Of a stretch of 64,000 nucleotides of DNA, positions 63,628 to 64,000 are shown piece after piece (within the stretch, counting starts at the first letter, position 1; every line of letters begins with the position of its first letter). Source of the stretch: Clostridiales bacterium (lineage in GTDB: Bacteria; Bacillota; Clostridia; DUPQ01); the NCBI GenBank assembly GCA_023145435.1, contig JAGLDS010000002.1, positions 12,675 to 76,674 of the forward strand. Direction: 5' to 3'. The notes below the pieces were generated by a model. That model saw only the letters and a program-made list of their open reading frames with translations, ran no database searches and was not told where the DNA came from. A program made the translations under genes and the position numbers.

Positions 63628-64000
63628 TTAAAAACCCAATAGTTCTCTTGCTTTAGTAGCAGCATCAATTTCATCTTGTTCATTAGCTTTATGATCTCTG
63701 TAAATAACCCAAGTTTTAGCGTCCCATATTTCAGCTTTTGAACCCATACCATTCATATTTACTTCTGATTTAATACCAGCGTAATCTCGTAATGTTATTG
63801 GAATTAATAATCGTCCCTGTTTATCTACTTCGCATTCACAAGCTCCTGCTAAAAACTGTCTAATAGTTCTTCTCATTGCTTCTCCTGAAAAAGGTTGATT
63901 TTCAATATTTTTAACGACTTTCATCCACTCATCCATTGGGTATAGAATTAAACATTTGTCAGTGCTTTTTGCTACCATAAATGAAGAGCCAAGTTCACCT
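63628..64000 (-). CDS. mraZ: transcriptional regulator MraZ, 5' end beyond the window
   Basis: The frame is open to the window edge (…GELGSSFMVAKSTDKCLILYPMDEW…). The second SpoVT/AbrB-like repeat DKQGRLLIPITLRDYAGI is present. Confidence 0.9.
   Translation of the reverse strand, partial: GELGSSFMVAKSTDKCLILYPMDEWMKVVKNIENQPFSGEAMRRTIRQFLAGACECEVDKQGRLLIPITLRDYAGIKSEVNMNGMGSKAEIWDAKTWVIYRDHKANEQDEIDAATKARELLGF

Overview
The window is strongly AT-rich and densely coded. It has about 50 CDS, and almost all genes from 27 kb onward are on the minus strand. I infer a monoderm Bacillota (Firmicutes), probably a gut-type saccharolytic anaerobe. The grounds are AddAB, a class B PBP with two PASTA domains, lipobox lipoproteins, extended -10 promoters and cytoplasmic GH2/GH3/GH29 enzymes. 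I recognised no rRNA, tRNA, CRISPR array, IS element, integrase or prophage.

Gene content in order:
- 1-3.4 kb: AEC transporter fragment, aldo/keto reductase, CYTH protein, VanZ protein, URO-D-family protein.
- 3.4-10.2 kb: addA-addB.
- 10.3-13.2 kb: DUF4364-like protein, yhbY, obg, rpmA, rplU.
- 13.3-19.3 kb: GH2 beta-galactosidase, then a GNAT / M55 peptidase / BNR-Asp-box operon.
- 19.5-24.1 kb: operon of Gfo/Idh/MocA oxidoreductase, punA, ahcY and mtaD.
- 24.2-27.1 kb: GH29 fucosidase, RCK potassium channel, small zinc-ribbon protein.
- 27.1-31.4 kb: URO-D-family protein plus an ABC-2 exporter.
- 31.5-34.4 kb: S41 peptidase and a GntR-citrate synthase operon.
- 34.5-39.3 kb: accessory cluster of Gfo/Idh/MocA oxidoreductase, DegT aminotransferase, decayed SGNH esterase, M55 peptidase and GGCT-like protein.
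- 39.3-51.0 kb: large ABC locus (described below).
- 51.1-53.2 kb: GH3 beta-glucosidase.
- 53.2-64.0 kb: dcw cluster, mraZ-rsmH-ftsL-ftsI-murE-murF-mraY-ftsW-murG-MBL hydrolase, with no murD.

The most interesting region is 39.3-51.0 kb. It is a tightly packed 8-gene MacB/FtsX-type ABC locus with two ~1000-aa fused double-FtsX permeases. It also has four HlyD-like lipoprotein adaptors that fall into two paralogous classes. Only one heterodimeric ATPase pair is present, and one ATPase carries a SpoVT/AbrB-like tail. The last gene of the locus is translationally coupled to a sugar-type dehydrogenase/aminotransferase cluster.

All calls rest on reading the ORF translations and the DNA by eye. No database search or computation was run.
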